Part shown: positions 1 to 11,344 of the stretch, one piece after another
Numbering within the stretch: the stretch's first letter is position 1
How the letters are laid out: the number at the start of each line of letters is the position of its first letter
Assembly (NCBI GenBank): GCA_020536535.1
Contig: JAHLWZ010000836.1
Coordinates: 25,513 to 89,512 of the forward strand
Reading direction: 5' to 3'
Length of the DNA: 64,000 nucleotides
DNA from: Pelomyxa schiedti
Lineage: Eukaryota; Protista; Evosea
Position numbers and translations under genes: made by a program
Notes under the pieces: model-generated
Database searches by the model: none
What the model saw: the letters and a program-made list of their open reading frames with translations, nothing else
What the model was told of the DNA's origin: nothing

Positions 1-92
1 AGATAGTAGAGTTCCGCATGTCGATACTGGAAGTACGTACAATCTTTATTCTGTATTACTTTACACTACAGTGTTTTTCACTACTGTAGTTT

Positions 93-1623
93 ATGCCGCA
101 TCATCTTGGTCTGTGGACCGTGCCGTGCCTTTTCGAGATTGAGAGCAAGGGCGATACCGCGTTACCGCAAACCGAAATTCGAAGACGGGTAATTGCGGCT
201 TTGTCAGCTATCTGTGCTCGACACCCCTTTTTACGGGCTCGGTTTGGGCCACCCAGTGACAGGTTTGTTTTGTTGCTATTTGATGCTTTTGAGATTATTT
301 ATGCGGACCAAGATATCTTAAGATTCCACCTTCGATTTCAGATTACGAACTCCCTGTGTCTTTCGGTGATTTAGGCTCTTCCTCAGAAGCCCAACAATTA
401 CTACTGGCTCACGCAAAGTAGCCTTGTGTTGTTGCCTATGAAGTTACTCACAAAAATCCGAAGTGAGGATTTGGGGCAAAGGACTTGGAAGTGTATAGTC
501 AGTACCTGCAAGGATTCCAAGGCTATTTTCTTGAATTTCCTTTTTTCTCACAGCATCATCGTGCGCTGTTATTTCTTAATCCCCTTTTAATTTTATTTTA
601 TCAAGGATGGTGTATCACTTGCCCATTTGTGCAGAGACATTTTACAAGCACTGAATGGGGAAACTCTTACCCCACTCCCCATTCCTCAACCTCATGAATG
701 CAGACACGCCGGTGTGACTCAGCAGATAGAAGAGAAATATATAGGACACTGATTTCCATTTGAGGTTCATCATTCTTGGAGCCTGAAAATTGGGATGCCT
801 TTGACACAAAATATCTGCCCATTATCGAACGCAATCGTACACTCGTGAAAACCACTACATCAGCCTTCAAATTCTCAGTTGCTGAAACGACAGCAGTTGT
901 GAAGGTATGTTGCCTGACTCGTGTTTTTGTAATCCTTTCTCCCAGGCCTGCAAGTTGAATTCTACCACTGTTCCTTGCCTTTTTATGGCAGCTGAAACCC
1001 TCGCACTGGGATGCCCACTCACAGTAACTGGATGTATCCCAGTCAACCTACGTTCACCTGATGACATGGGGCTTTCGTTTACCGTGTCACATATCATGAT
1101 ACCACCCTTCCGACCAGCTATCCCAACCTCATCCACTGCAGAGGCGCAAACCGCCTGTTTATGGGAACTCTCACGTCAGTGGCACACCGCGATGACACTA
1201 GCACATCAAGCACAATCTGTACCAGGTGGCCGAATCCATCAGCACTCAAGTGAGATATTTTTGGGTCGTGACTACACGCCAATGGTTGACCTGAACCCCA
1301 AATCTCTGAACGTAATGGTAATAGACCACTCAATCAATAACAAGTCAGTTCCTTCTAACAACACTTCTGCTCAGATTTCTAGCATGGGAGATGCAGGCAC
1401 AAAGTTCGGGATTGACGAAGCCGGAGCCAGTCCAAGGAGCCTCTTCCGTGTCTCCAGTTTACTCAACACTGGTGGGAAGAACTTCGTACCACGCGATCCT
1501 ATCATGTACTGTGGGACACTCTCAGGCTCCTTACAGTTTAGTATCGTGGTCTTCACACACCTTCAGGAAATTGCAGATACCTTGGCCCAATCCATTAAGA
1601 GGCTTGCAATTTCTGCCATTTAA
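93..1623 (+). CDS. CoA-dependent acyltransferase (alcohol acetyltransferase/condensation-like fold), multi-exon; 5' end uncertain and may extend to or beyond the window start
   Basis: RHPFLRAR motif in the first ORF. Splicing the GT-AG intron 561-605 rebuilds the catalytic FSHSIIDG (HxxxDG) motif. Last exon has the C-terminal PVNLR motif and ends at TAA 1623. Confidence 0.7.
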
Positions 1624-1801
1624 TATGTTTGTATTCAAAAATCTCTAAAATTAGCTATTTTTTTATGTTTTTTTATGTCCATGCACCAGTGCCAACGAAG
1701 TGAGAACAGACCAGAACTGATCGAAAACCGTCTCACAAAAAATTTCTTTGAGCCGGTGGTCGCGCTACAGTGCATCAATGTTTTTTGAGGAGACTTCGAA
1801 G

Positions 1802-1990
1802 AAAATTGTTGTGCCGGTCCCTCGAGGCGCCCCGCCCCCGGGATACCCAGGAAACGGAGCACCAATTTCGAGGTAAAGTTAACAGCTTTATGCAATAACC
1901 ATTATGCGATACCCCCTGGGGTTTCGGGGGCAGCAGGAATCGAACCTGCAACATGAATTTGAGGGTGGACGACACAAGCAGCACCGTAGC
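1802..1990 (-). ncRNA. Putative ~190-nt structured Pol III precursor containing the permuted tRNA
   Basis: Leader TTGTGTCG (1977-1970) pairs with trailer CGGCACAA (1816-1809). A GC-rich hairpin at 1873-1820 abuts the anticodon arm. TTTT at 1805-1802 follows the closing helix. An A-rich tract lies upstream at about 1993-2008. Confidence 0.55.
1874..1954 (-). tRNA. Circularly permuted tRNA-Asn(GTT): 3' half (nt 44-73) at 1954-1925, 8-nt spacer at 1924-1917, 5' half (nt 1-43) at 1916-1874
   Basis: Minus strand reads ATGTT GCAGG TTCGATT CCTGC TGCCCCC G / AAACCCCA / GGGGGTA TC GCAT AATGGTTA TTGC A TAAAG CT GTT AA CTTTA. The halves give a 7-bp acceptor stem, perfect T and anticodon stems, G18G19, U8-A14, A15-U48, G46 and G73, totalling exactly 73 nt. 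Confidence 0.8.
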
Positions 1991-2178
1991 TTGTTTTTAT
2001 TTTTATTGTAGCATCGGCAAAATTGACCCGGCAAACAGGCATCATCAACAAATTTTTTTTTGGTGAGTGCGCATTGTGGGAGGATCTTGAAAAGCGGTTG
2101 GAAAGTTCGATCCATTTCTCCTTGAACTTTGCTTTCGCCAAACGAGTTTGATTTTAAAAAAAAAAACAAAGTCGGAAG

Positions 2179-2807
2179 ATGCAACGCCTTGTAGTTTTTG
2201 TTGCGTTTGTGGTTGTTGTCGTTCATGCAGCACTTCCAGATTGTCCAGTTCACCTCTCTGCCAGTACGATCTTTTCCTTTTCGCTCAAAACTCTTACCAT
2301 CTAAAACCGTCAGCACTTACAAACCAATTGTCGGAGCAACTGAGTATTTCAGGCTATACCTTGACTGACGGAAAATGGGAGTCCGCCCCTGCAACTGTAA
2401 AAACTCCTTACATCTTCTATAAACTTGTGTTTTACCAAATCAACACAATACAGACTGTGTCTCCTTACTCTGACACAACTTGGGCAGCAACTGACCTTTG
2501 TGTTGGCGTTGAAGGGAGGTAATCTGCTATATGACTCTGAAATTCTATCATCGAATGTGCTAATTTTTTTGCATGTAGTGTGACTTACAAAATCGGAACC
2601 ACTGGCTACTCAATGTATCGCCCATTCCGTAATATCTTTGTTTCTCAAAATTAACGACGGTGCAGCGTATGCAAGTTTGACTTACCAGAAATTGGGTACA
2701 ACACATGCAGTGTCTTGATAAACCCAGTAGGGTCAAATTACACAGCCACATACAGCGGTTGTGATAGCTATAAGGCAAACATTCTCTTTGTCCTGAGTGA
2801 CTACTAG
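2179..2807 (+). CDS. Small secreted Cys-containing hypothetical protein, multi-exon
   Basis: Signal-peptide-like start MQRLVVFVAFVVVVVHAALPDCP, GT-AG introns, stop TAG at 2805-2807. Confidence 0.55.
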
Positions 2808-2863
2808 TACAAGAAGTAAACAAAGAAAACAACAATAAACGGTTTATTTTATTTTTCTTATAT

Positions 2864-5800
2864 TCAGCTCTTCTCCTTTTTGAGGGCCGCCTTTTTAGAT
2901 TTTTTGAGTAACTTTTCCTCTTTGGAAAACACTTCCTGGGTTTAGTGTTAGTTTAAAGATAGACTTGGTTTGTGTGATACCTTGGAGGTTTTTTCTGCTG
3001 CAGTTCGCTTTGCAGCAGCTTCTTTGCCCATTGTCCTACGGACAGGTTAATTCATGATTCTGGGTTTGGTAAAGTTACCCCTTTGTGGCACTAGGAGGTT
3101 CCAGTTCTTCACTCAGGTCAAAACAGGCATCAGTGGTAAGGGAGGTAGCGGCAGCATTGATAAGGTAGCTTTGAATGGCTGGCACAGGGGCTAAGGAAAA
3201 GCCTTGGTTCTGCCAGACTTGTATTCCTCTGTTTTTCGGTAAGAAACGGGGAGTAAGGAGGAAAGCAAACTTGATGATGCTTGTGAGGTTTCGGTATTTA
3301 ACAAAGTTAATCAAGTCCGTTTGGGGAATTTTATCGGGGTTGCCATCTCCCGCGAAAATTATGTCAGTCAAAAAGGATCCTAAAAAGTGTAAATACAGCT
3401 GGAGGTGAGTGAATTATACCAAGATAAGGGAGACATGGAGCCACTGCTACTTTAAGAGTATCTCGATATATTTGAAAGTTGCCCTTGGCATCGAAAAGTG
3501 CTGTAAGTTTGTCATAAATGTCCCAGGCAGCTGGAGTCAAAATCTTAGGTAGAGAATGATTGTATTAGGTATTTAAGAGTATAATTAACAACTTGTTTTC
3601 TAGTAAATGAAATAGAAAGCATATAATTACCTCCCAGGAGTTTTTGAGACGGTGAACAGCCGAGTTTTGAAGGGCTGAGATAATCTCCATGACAGCATTG
3701 AAATTGCGAAGGTTAAATGATGCCTAACCAAGGAAAAGTCAAAAGTGAGAGCATCAAATGGATTCAGGGCACTAACCTCAGCACATAAAAGTAATCTGTG
3801 TATGGCAACAGCACGATCCTTTACGTCACGTTGCTGTACTACCTCAGTAATAGCCCAGCATGTCCTCTGAATACAAGTAATTATTGAATACGTTTGTAAT
3901 TTTCGTACCCTGTTTGACTCCAGTATCATTCTGGAGATATTGGGAGCGTGGGTTTCCTTCTTAGCGACCTTGTTCCAATTTTGCCCAATGAACTCTGAAT
4001 TCATCAATGCTCATGAAGTACAACCTGAAAAAGGAGAACCTTTAGAGCGCACTTTTTTCCACAAGTCCCACTCAAGGAGTGCAATTTGCCTTGCCATTTC
4101 TTCGGGGTGCATATCAAGTATTGATCTGATTGGTGTCTCGGGTGTAAGACCAATTAAGATTACAGGCTGTGGAAAGGCAGCTTCAATCACTGGCCTCTCT
4201 TTGGGCTGCGGCAATGTAAGAGGCCAAAGTCAATTCTTAAAAGCACACTTTATCAAGAGAAACACTTGCGGCCAACTTTGTTGACTCAGCAAACAGTGCT
4301 AGAATTTCTTTCATTTTAGCCATCATTTGAGGATTGTCAGAGAAGTCATCGTTATGCTGTGATGCCCACATTTTAAGCATGCTTATAACTCTAGAAACAA
4401 TTAGCCTCTTGAACGCAAATTAGATGCATCGCATCCACCTCAGTCGAACTTTGGCTCTAACGTCAGTAACCCAAGAGGCGGGAGCGCCAAGAGGTCGACG
4501 TAGGAAAAATCTATTCATGTTACAGAGGTCTAATGAGTCATGTTCAGGCACCTTACAACTAGTAAATCTAGAAGATCCGTTCCAGAAACAAATGCAGAAT
4601 AGGAAATCAAAAAGGATTGCACGAACGCCAAATCTGTTTCCCGTGAGTCCGGGCATTCAATGCCAAAAAAACCCAACCTATCTCTTCTTGGTGAGTAAGA
4701 AACTGAATAAGTTTGTATATATTTCCTCCACGAATCATCACATCTCTCGATCCTGTGGGAATCTTTTTTGGGGAAGTAAGTTTAGATATTTTTGGCCCAG
4801 GATGGTTACTGCTGCTGTTTGGCCTATTGGTACACGCATCCAAACTACATTGTCTTCAGAGTCTGGTTCCTCAAATTTTGGATAGTGCAAGTTACATAGC
4901 TCTGCCACTGACGGTGGTGGTTCACCAGGTTCGTTGAAATACTGTAGGGTATTGGAAAAGGAAGGATAAAGAAGAGGAAACTACAGTGACAACAGAGTCA
5001 ATTCCTTCTGGTACATATGTAAGTTGTGGGACCACAGTGGCCTTAGGCTGAACAGTAATGAACTCCACAGAACAAAATGGGTGGAAAAAAGTGGAAGTGT
5101 ACCAGTTCTGCAGCTGTTGCAATCATTGCGCCAGTGAGTTCAGTGCCTAACAGCTTGGCCAGCTTGCTTTCATTACCATCCCTGGTCACATTATAAGTGC
5201 ACAATGAAACAGTAGTAAAGGTGTGTGTATGATGGCAATAGCAATAGCAACAGTAAGACAAACAAAAAAAAAGAAAAAAATAACAAAAAAAAAAAAAAAA
5301 AACAGCCAGTGGCAACAGCAACAGCAGCATTACATTGAATTCCTACGGCAATCGTCAGTAGTCCTGCTTCGTGGTCTGGTGACCACTTTGCTTGTATTTG
5401 CCATGACCGAAGGGAACCGCGGGGAGTCGGCCCCAACAGACGATCCCACCGAGGCGACGCCGCAGCTCGCGGTCGCCGTGGCGTGGGAGGCCCCGGGGGT
5501 CGCCGAGGCAGACGACACGGAGGCGGGCAGGGGCGTGGGCGCGGGGGAGGGGCTGCAGCTCGAGGCCGACTCGGCGTCGCTGCCCGCCGCGGACTCGCTG
5601 TCGCTGCTGTCGTGGACGTCGGGCGCCCCGGACTCGAGGCGCGAGATGGGCGGGGGCAGCGGCGGCGCCGTGGAGGATGTCGTGGTGGAGGAGCCCGGGG
5701 GGTCCGGGGACGGCGTCTCGCAGGACTCGCCGCCGTCGTGCCGGTGGTGGTGGTGGTGGTGGGTCGAGGGGTGCCTGGAGTGGGTGGCGGTGGTCGACGT

Positions 5801-6042
5801 GACCGTGGTGATCACGGTGTTGCTGTGGCTGGTGTGGCGATGGTGGTGCCTGTCGTCGAAACTAAGGCTTCGATGGGGTCGTGTCTCCTAGTTGTGTGGA
5901 ATGGTTGGTTTGGTTTGGTTGTTGGGTGGGCAGGCGAAAAAAAATAGCCAGAGCACAAAACAGTAGTTAGAAGACAAGTAGAAAGAATGCTGGTGTTTTT
6001 TGCAGTTCAAGAGCAACAACTCACGGGTACTGTGTCTGCCAT
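2864..6042 (-). CDS. RasGEF (REM + CDC25 domains) with Ser/Thr/His-rich N-terminus, multi-exon
   Basis: IRGGNIYKLIQFLT (REM); HPEEMARQIALLE, WNK...APNISRMI, CVPYLG, FLTDIIFAGDGNPD and INFVKYR (CDC25). First exon MADTVP is followed by a GTGAGT donor. Confidence 0.9.
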
Positions 6043-6288
6043 GTTTAATGCCCCGTTCGTGGTATAGTTTGACTTCGCAGAAAATCTGAAGCAACTTCAA
6101 CAACTTTCTCCTGCCTGAAGCATCCTGATTCCCCTGACTAGGACAGTGAAGGATGCAACGTGCACAGAGATCGCGATCAAAGGATTTGCCTCTGGCTGTA
6201 AGCTGTGTATCTGTGTATTTTCCGAAGAGGCATTCACGTAACTTCGAACTGTTCGAACAGTCCGAACGATTTTCATTGCAGCAACGGG

Positions 6289-8161
6289 ATGCGGCGCGTT
6301 TTCGGTCTCGTAGTGGTGGTGGCGTTTTTTGGTGTTTTGGTGGCGCCAGATGCTGACGTCATGATGCCCATGGAACCTTGTCAGGAGGGCAGAATAACCG
6401 CCTACACGTAACTTACAAATCCACCCCCTTCATTTATTGTTTATTGTAGAAGGATGAGGGTTGTGTTCTGGGTTTTTCCCTTTTCTGTCAAATGAAATTA
6501 AAGACATTAAAAGGGGTTGGGAGAGTGGAGGAGCTTGCAGTTTTGGGGCTTGGAATGGAGACACTGGTTATGGCTATCAGTACAGTGCTGCTCCAAACGA
6601 AGACTTCTATGACCACGCAAGACAGGTTCTACGCCATTTTACACAACGAGAAGTAGCCTTACTGTTTCTGTATTTAAAAAAAAAAAAATATAGTGTGGTG
6701 TCTGCTACGAGCTGGTCGGACCAGCAGGTGCAACCAGAATCATTGTTGCTGATATGTGTCCAATAAGTGGAAACGAACCCTGTGACGGCTCCATGCACCA
6801 CTTTGATTTGAGGCAAGTCCATTCTACTTTCTCTCTTAGTCAATTTCATCCAGTGATCCTACGTTCCCACTTTTGGCGGAAGAGAGCCTGGGAATTGTAA
6901 ATATAACTTACCGAATGGTATCATGCGACGTTGAAGGAAATTTGAAAATACGTGTAAAAGATGGCTCGTCTGTGTGGTGGTTATCAATCCTAGTTTTTAA
7001 CCACCGTGTTGGTGCGCGAAAGTAACGGTATACCCTCAGCTTATTTCATTGTTCAGGTATTGACAAACTGGAAATATCTGAAAATGGCGGGAGTAGCTGG
7101 ACCGAGGTTAGAGTTCCTTTGGGTGTTCACTACGAAACGGAAAATAGGTAACCAGAGCGGACTACAACGAATTTGAAATTTCACGCCAAGTATGTCTCTA
7201 TTTTAAAATAAATTCAAGGAGACTTACCTGAAAAAAAGCCTGGGAATGAATTGCAATTGCCACTTATTGTAAGAGTGACTGGATTCACAGACGATCAAAT
7301 TTCTATAGATCTTCCAGCTATTGAGGTATGATAGAAGTATATTACAACTGCATTTACCAAAAATAAGGGAGATGAGATAATCGATTCTGGCTCACAATTT
7401 CCGGCAGTCCCTGAAGGTTATGGAGGAAGTTCTAACCAATGCTGTTCTCCACAAGACGAATTCACTGTAGTATATGAGGATTCTCTTGGTTTGGGATGGA
7501 TGGATGGTTCATGGGGTACCACAAACAACTTCGCATACACTCAGTCCACCCATGACGGAAGCAAGTGCATTCAATCTGTGATTAATGCTTGGGGCGGGCT
7601 CCAGTTACTCAATAATGTTGGAGGGCCCTCAGATCAGTATGTCCAAGGAAAAACTCTTCCTTCCTAAAAATTCAACAGGTACGAGAGCTTGGATTTTTGG
7701 ATCAAGGCATCACAGGCCATCGATAGTGGTATCTCTGTCTGGCTAGATGATAAGGTCCACGTTACCACTCCGGCTGTAACCACAAGCTGGCAATGTAAGA
7801 AGCCGCTTCCTTTAACAATCAATTCTGAATCCGTGAACCTCTAGTATTCAGTTTCAACATGACGGTATTGGATCCCGATGAGAGGATATTTGGGTTCTCT
7901 GTCCAGAACGGAAACACCGCCCTCACACTCTACTTTGACAGCATAGAATTCGTCATAGACCCCGATGCACCCACAACAAAGGCATGCCGAAATATTCAAA
8001 AATATCCAAAATTAGAAGCACTTTCTCACTCATCCTACGCGCAGGAGTGTGCTGATGGTGTGGAAGGAGGCACATCCCTTGGAATATCTGTTTCACCAGT
8101 GTATGCTCTCTGTGCCTTTTGCATTTGCTGCCTCATTCTTGCCTCATCCTCTCTCCTTTGA
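6289..8161 (+). CDS. Expansin-like protein (DPBB + CBM63-like) with an extra putative carbohydrate-binding module and hydrophobic C-terminal anchor
   Basis: Signal peptide; GGACSFG, CGVCYEL, DMCP and HFDLS expansin motifs; later VYEDSLGLGWMDGSW module; hydrophobic tail ending at 8161. Confidence 0.8.
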
Positions 8162-8287
8162 GGTGACTTGTTTCATCTTTTTCTTTAAAGGCAAATTGTG
8201 TATCGCATGAGACACTTGCACTACCTCTTTTTTCCTTTCCCTGGCTGAAGAGAAGAAAGCTGCGTTTGTTTTCACGTACCCAAAAAA

Positions 8288-8552
8288 ATGATGAACGAGG
8301 GTGGTGATGCCGGAGAGGGCGACAAAAGCGACAGCAACGAAAACGTTGACAGCGACGTAGAGAACGAGGGCAATGGCGACGACGACGACGAGAGCGTGCC
8401 ACCGGTGATCGCGGCGGGGAGGAAAAAGCTGGAAGATCTGAAGAAGGTGATGTGCTACACCGCCCCGCAGTACGCCCACGTGCCTCTGTTTTTGCCGACC
8501 CCCGAGTTTCTCAAGTACCGTGTGGCGTCGGATCACTTCCAGGTTGGTTTGC

Positions 8553-8626
<74 letters not shown>

Positions 8627-10064
8627 TTCTTGTTTGCTTGTTTGTTAAATGGTCCTTTTGGAGACTGCTGTGGCCTAACTCGTTATTGAATGCAAGACGG
8701 CAGACTCGCTGCGTGCACTGAGCGATACGAAATTGTTGATGGCCGCCAAAGGTAACAACCTTGCACTTGTTGACACGAGCAAAAAGTCCTCAACGGAGAA
8801 GTGGAGATGCAATTGCCTGATGTCTGTGAATTCTGGGCATGGCTACATCGTCGTCTGTATGCTCACTTCACTGCCTTCTTTGTTTACGTTGAATGCAATG
8901 GATTGCACGCGATATGTTCTTAAAACTCTCTGAAGGTGCATGGAGCGGCTTGCTGGTGGAGAGCATTGAAACAGGCGAGAGGATTATTGACACTGCTGCT
9001 GAAATAAAACCAGAATTCAAGGCAATGAACAATGGATCCGCATTCTTCACAAAGGAGGGCAAACTGTACCTTGTTGTTTGCACAAATTCGGGTAAAAGGT
9101 AAGTTTATGTGAGAGTGAAAACCAACTCAGTTCCCCTTTCAGGGCAATACGAATAATATCCCTCCCAGAAGCAAACTTAGTTTGTGATTTCCAGTTACCT
9201 CGTGCTGCAAATTGTGTATCCTGTAGTCCAGACAGTGTGTGGATTGCAGCAGCCTGTGATGGCGCTGTGTCAGTGGTAGCACCTATAGCAACTACATTTT
9301 CACCTATAAATCTGAACATGCCACCCCCCGTAACACTCCCTCGGCGCATGTGGTCAGCAGATCCTCAGTACGTCACTTGGAGTGATGACAGTACCATTTG
9401 TTCAGTATCAAGTGAGAACCACTGCCTTTATTGGTGGCATGTACCTGACTGGAACAAGCCTTCCAGTTTATCATTCCCTGAATCCCTCTACAATATGCAG
9501 TTTTTACGGGGTACTCATGTCATAGCAGTGATCAGCAGATCTTTTTTAAGTACTCAACCCAACTTATTTTTGTACCACCAACATTTCCCAGGATTCGTCA
9601 ACACAGACACATCAACAATCGTTCAGCAATTCTCGAATTTCCAAGGGGCTATTACTGGCATTTCATTAACACAGACAGGAAAACTCTTTATCGGTACAGA
9701 GACGGGCGTTTACCAGTTTACACCAGGGGGTATACCTTCTCTTTTGGACCTGTGTATGGGAAGTATGTTGCCATTTATTTATTTATGCACTGTATTCTAA
9801 AAGCACCACAGGCATTCGGAAAAACCCGAAGACATGGGAAAACACTCACTGGGAGGACTATCTCCCAGAAGACCTTATTTCTCGGGTAACTTCTCTCCTC
9901 TTCCACATTTCACTGAGTACCACAAGATTTTCCCCAAAGAAGGAGATGAAATTATTCCGGTTGGAGGACCCACTGATGAACATGGCTCTAGTGAAGGTGA
10001 GGAGGATGACAGTGACGAGGATTATGTGGACGATGGCACCGCCGGTGATGACTCTGATGAATGA
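8288..10064 (+). CDS. WD40/beta-propeller-like protein with acidic termini, multi-exon
   Basis: Propeller-like segments (CVSCSPDSVWIAAACDG, YVTWSDDSTICSVSSENHCLYWW, ITGISLTQTGKLFIGTETG) and D/E-rich ends. Confidence 0.55.
8554..8624 (+). repeat. Poly-T homopolymer (~71 nt) in intron 1 of the WD40-like gene
   Basis: Read directly from the sequence. Confidence 0.95.
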
Positions 10065-10126
10065 ATCCATTTATCCAATCCATTTTTGTTGTTTGTTTGT
10101 TGTTTGGGATAAAGTGATGACCTTCT

Positions 10127-11261
10127 TTAATGGGAAGTGCTTCCGCCATCCACTGGTAAAACAGTCCCTGTTATGTAACTAGCAGCATCAGAAGCCAAAA
10201 ACAACACTGCATTGGCTATCTCCTCCACTTCACCCACTCTGCCCATGGGAATTTCCTCATTTACACGCATTCTCTCGGCGAGGAGTGCATCAGTGGCTTT
10301 TGACTTCGGGAACAGAACCTTCTTGCTCTCTCCAGGAAGTAGGAATGACTCCCTTTCGTCGTCAGTGCATTCCTCTATCCACCGTGTGACAAAAGTGTCA
10401 CCGGGACAGACAGCATTCACTCTAATATTATCGCGTGCAAGCTGTAGTGCCATTGCTTTGGTTAGCTGAACAACAGCCCCCTTGGATGCACAGTAGGCCG
10501 CGGCGTCACCAGAGGCTGTGATTGCCCAATCCTAGGCAAAAGAGTGAATTGTTGTATTGTCAGTGGTGAGTACATACTGATGCATTGTTTACGATGGCAC
10601 ATTTGCAGTGTGTACGTTCTATGGTGTCGCGCATGACTGGAAGTGCCAGTTTGCTCATTCGCCATGTGCCGGTTACATTGGATTCCATCACATTAGCCCA
10701 TTCTTCTTCAGTTGTATCCTCTGCCGTTTTGAGTAGAACCACACCAGCATTGTTGAACAGAATGTGCAGTCCCCCAAACTTTTCTATGATGACCTGGAAG
10801 CAACGCTCACAGTCCTAGTATGTGGAAGTCCACGTTAGGGCACTCTCCATCCTTTCATGAGTGACCAATAGTGCAAGGGAAAAAGCCAGCAATCTCAAAT
10901 CCAAAAAAAAAAAAAAAAAGAAAAACAAAACCAAAACCAAAGCACAAGCTTGCCTGGGGTCTCTTGTGGTCAGCCTCAATGAAAAAAGATGAATCCGGAG
11001 GCAATTCAGCCTGCAGCCTCAGGCCCAAGTCCCTGCGCCTCCCAGTGAACCCAACCCTCGCTCCACGCCTCACAAGTGCACGCACAACAGCCTCCCCAAT
11101 CCCAGATGTACCCCCTAATAGGCCAGTATTAACAACGAACGAACAACGGTTGGTGGGCCGACGAGAGTAGTAAGAGATCGGGGCCGGTGCGTGTAAGATA
11201 AATGCAAACCTGTGACCAGGCCCACCTTGCCAGAAAAGTCAGGTTCGTGGCTCGCCGCCAT
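10127..11261 (-). CDS. Classical short-chain dehydrogenase/reductase (SDR), multi-exon
   Basis: VTGGTSGIG, LFNNAGV, YCASK (YxxxK), [23 protein letters not shown]. Confidence 0.93.
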
Positions 11262-11344
11262 CGTCCACAGCACGAAAACGCGTTCCCTAAAAGAAGAAAA
11301 ACCCGAAAGCCAACGCCGAAATAATAATAATAAAAAAAGAAATC

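Noticed and set aside
1840-1863. CCCAGGAAACGGAGCA resembling SRP RNA helix 8
   Set aside because: Lacks the CAGG strand geometry and the rest of SRP; it is the complement of the minus-strand trailer hairpin.
1700-1882. U1 snRNA-like words on the minus strand (ACTTTACCT, ATGCACTG, Sm-like site)
   Set aside because: The 5' motif differs from ACTTACCTG, overlaps the tRNA anticodon arm, and there is no U1-70K loop (GATCACGAAG).
5223-5947. Several long overlapping ORFs here (also at 18707-19426, 32290-33401, 39640-40741, 48625-49617, 54255-55072 and 63465-63994)
   Set aside because: Expected from GC-rich, stop-poor sequence overlapping real exons; no motifs.
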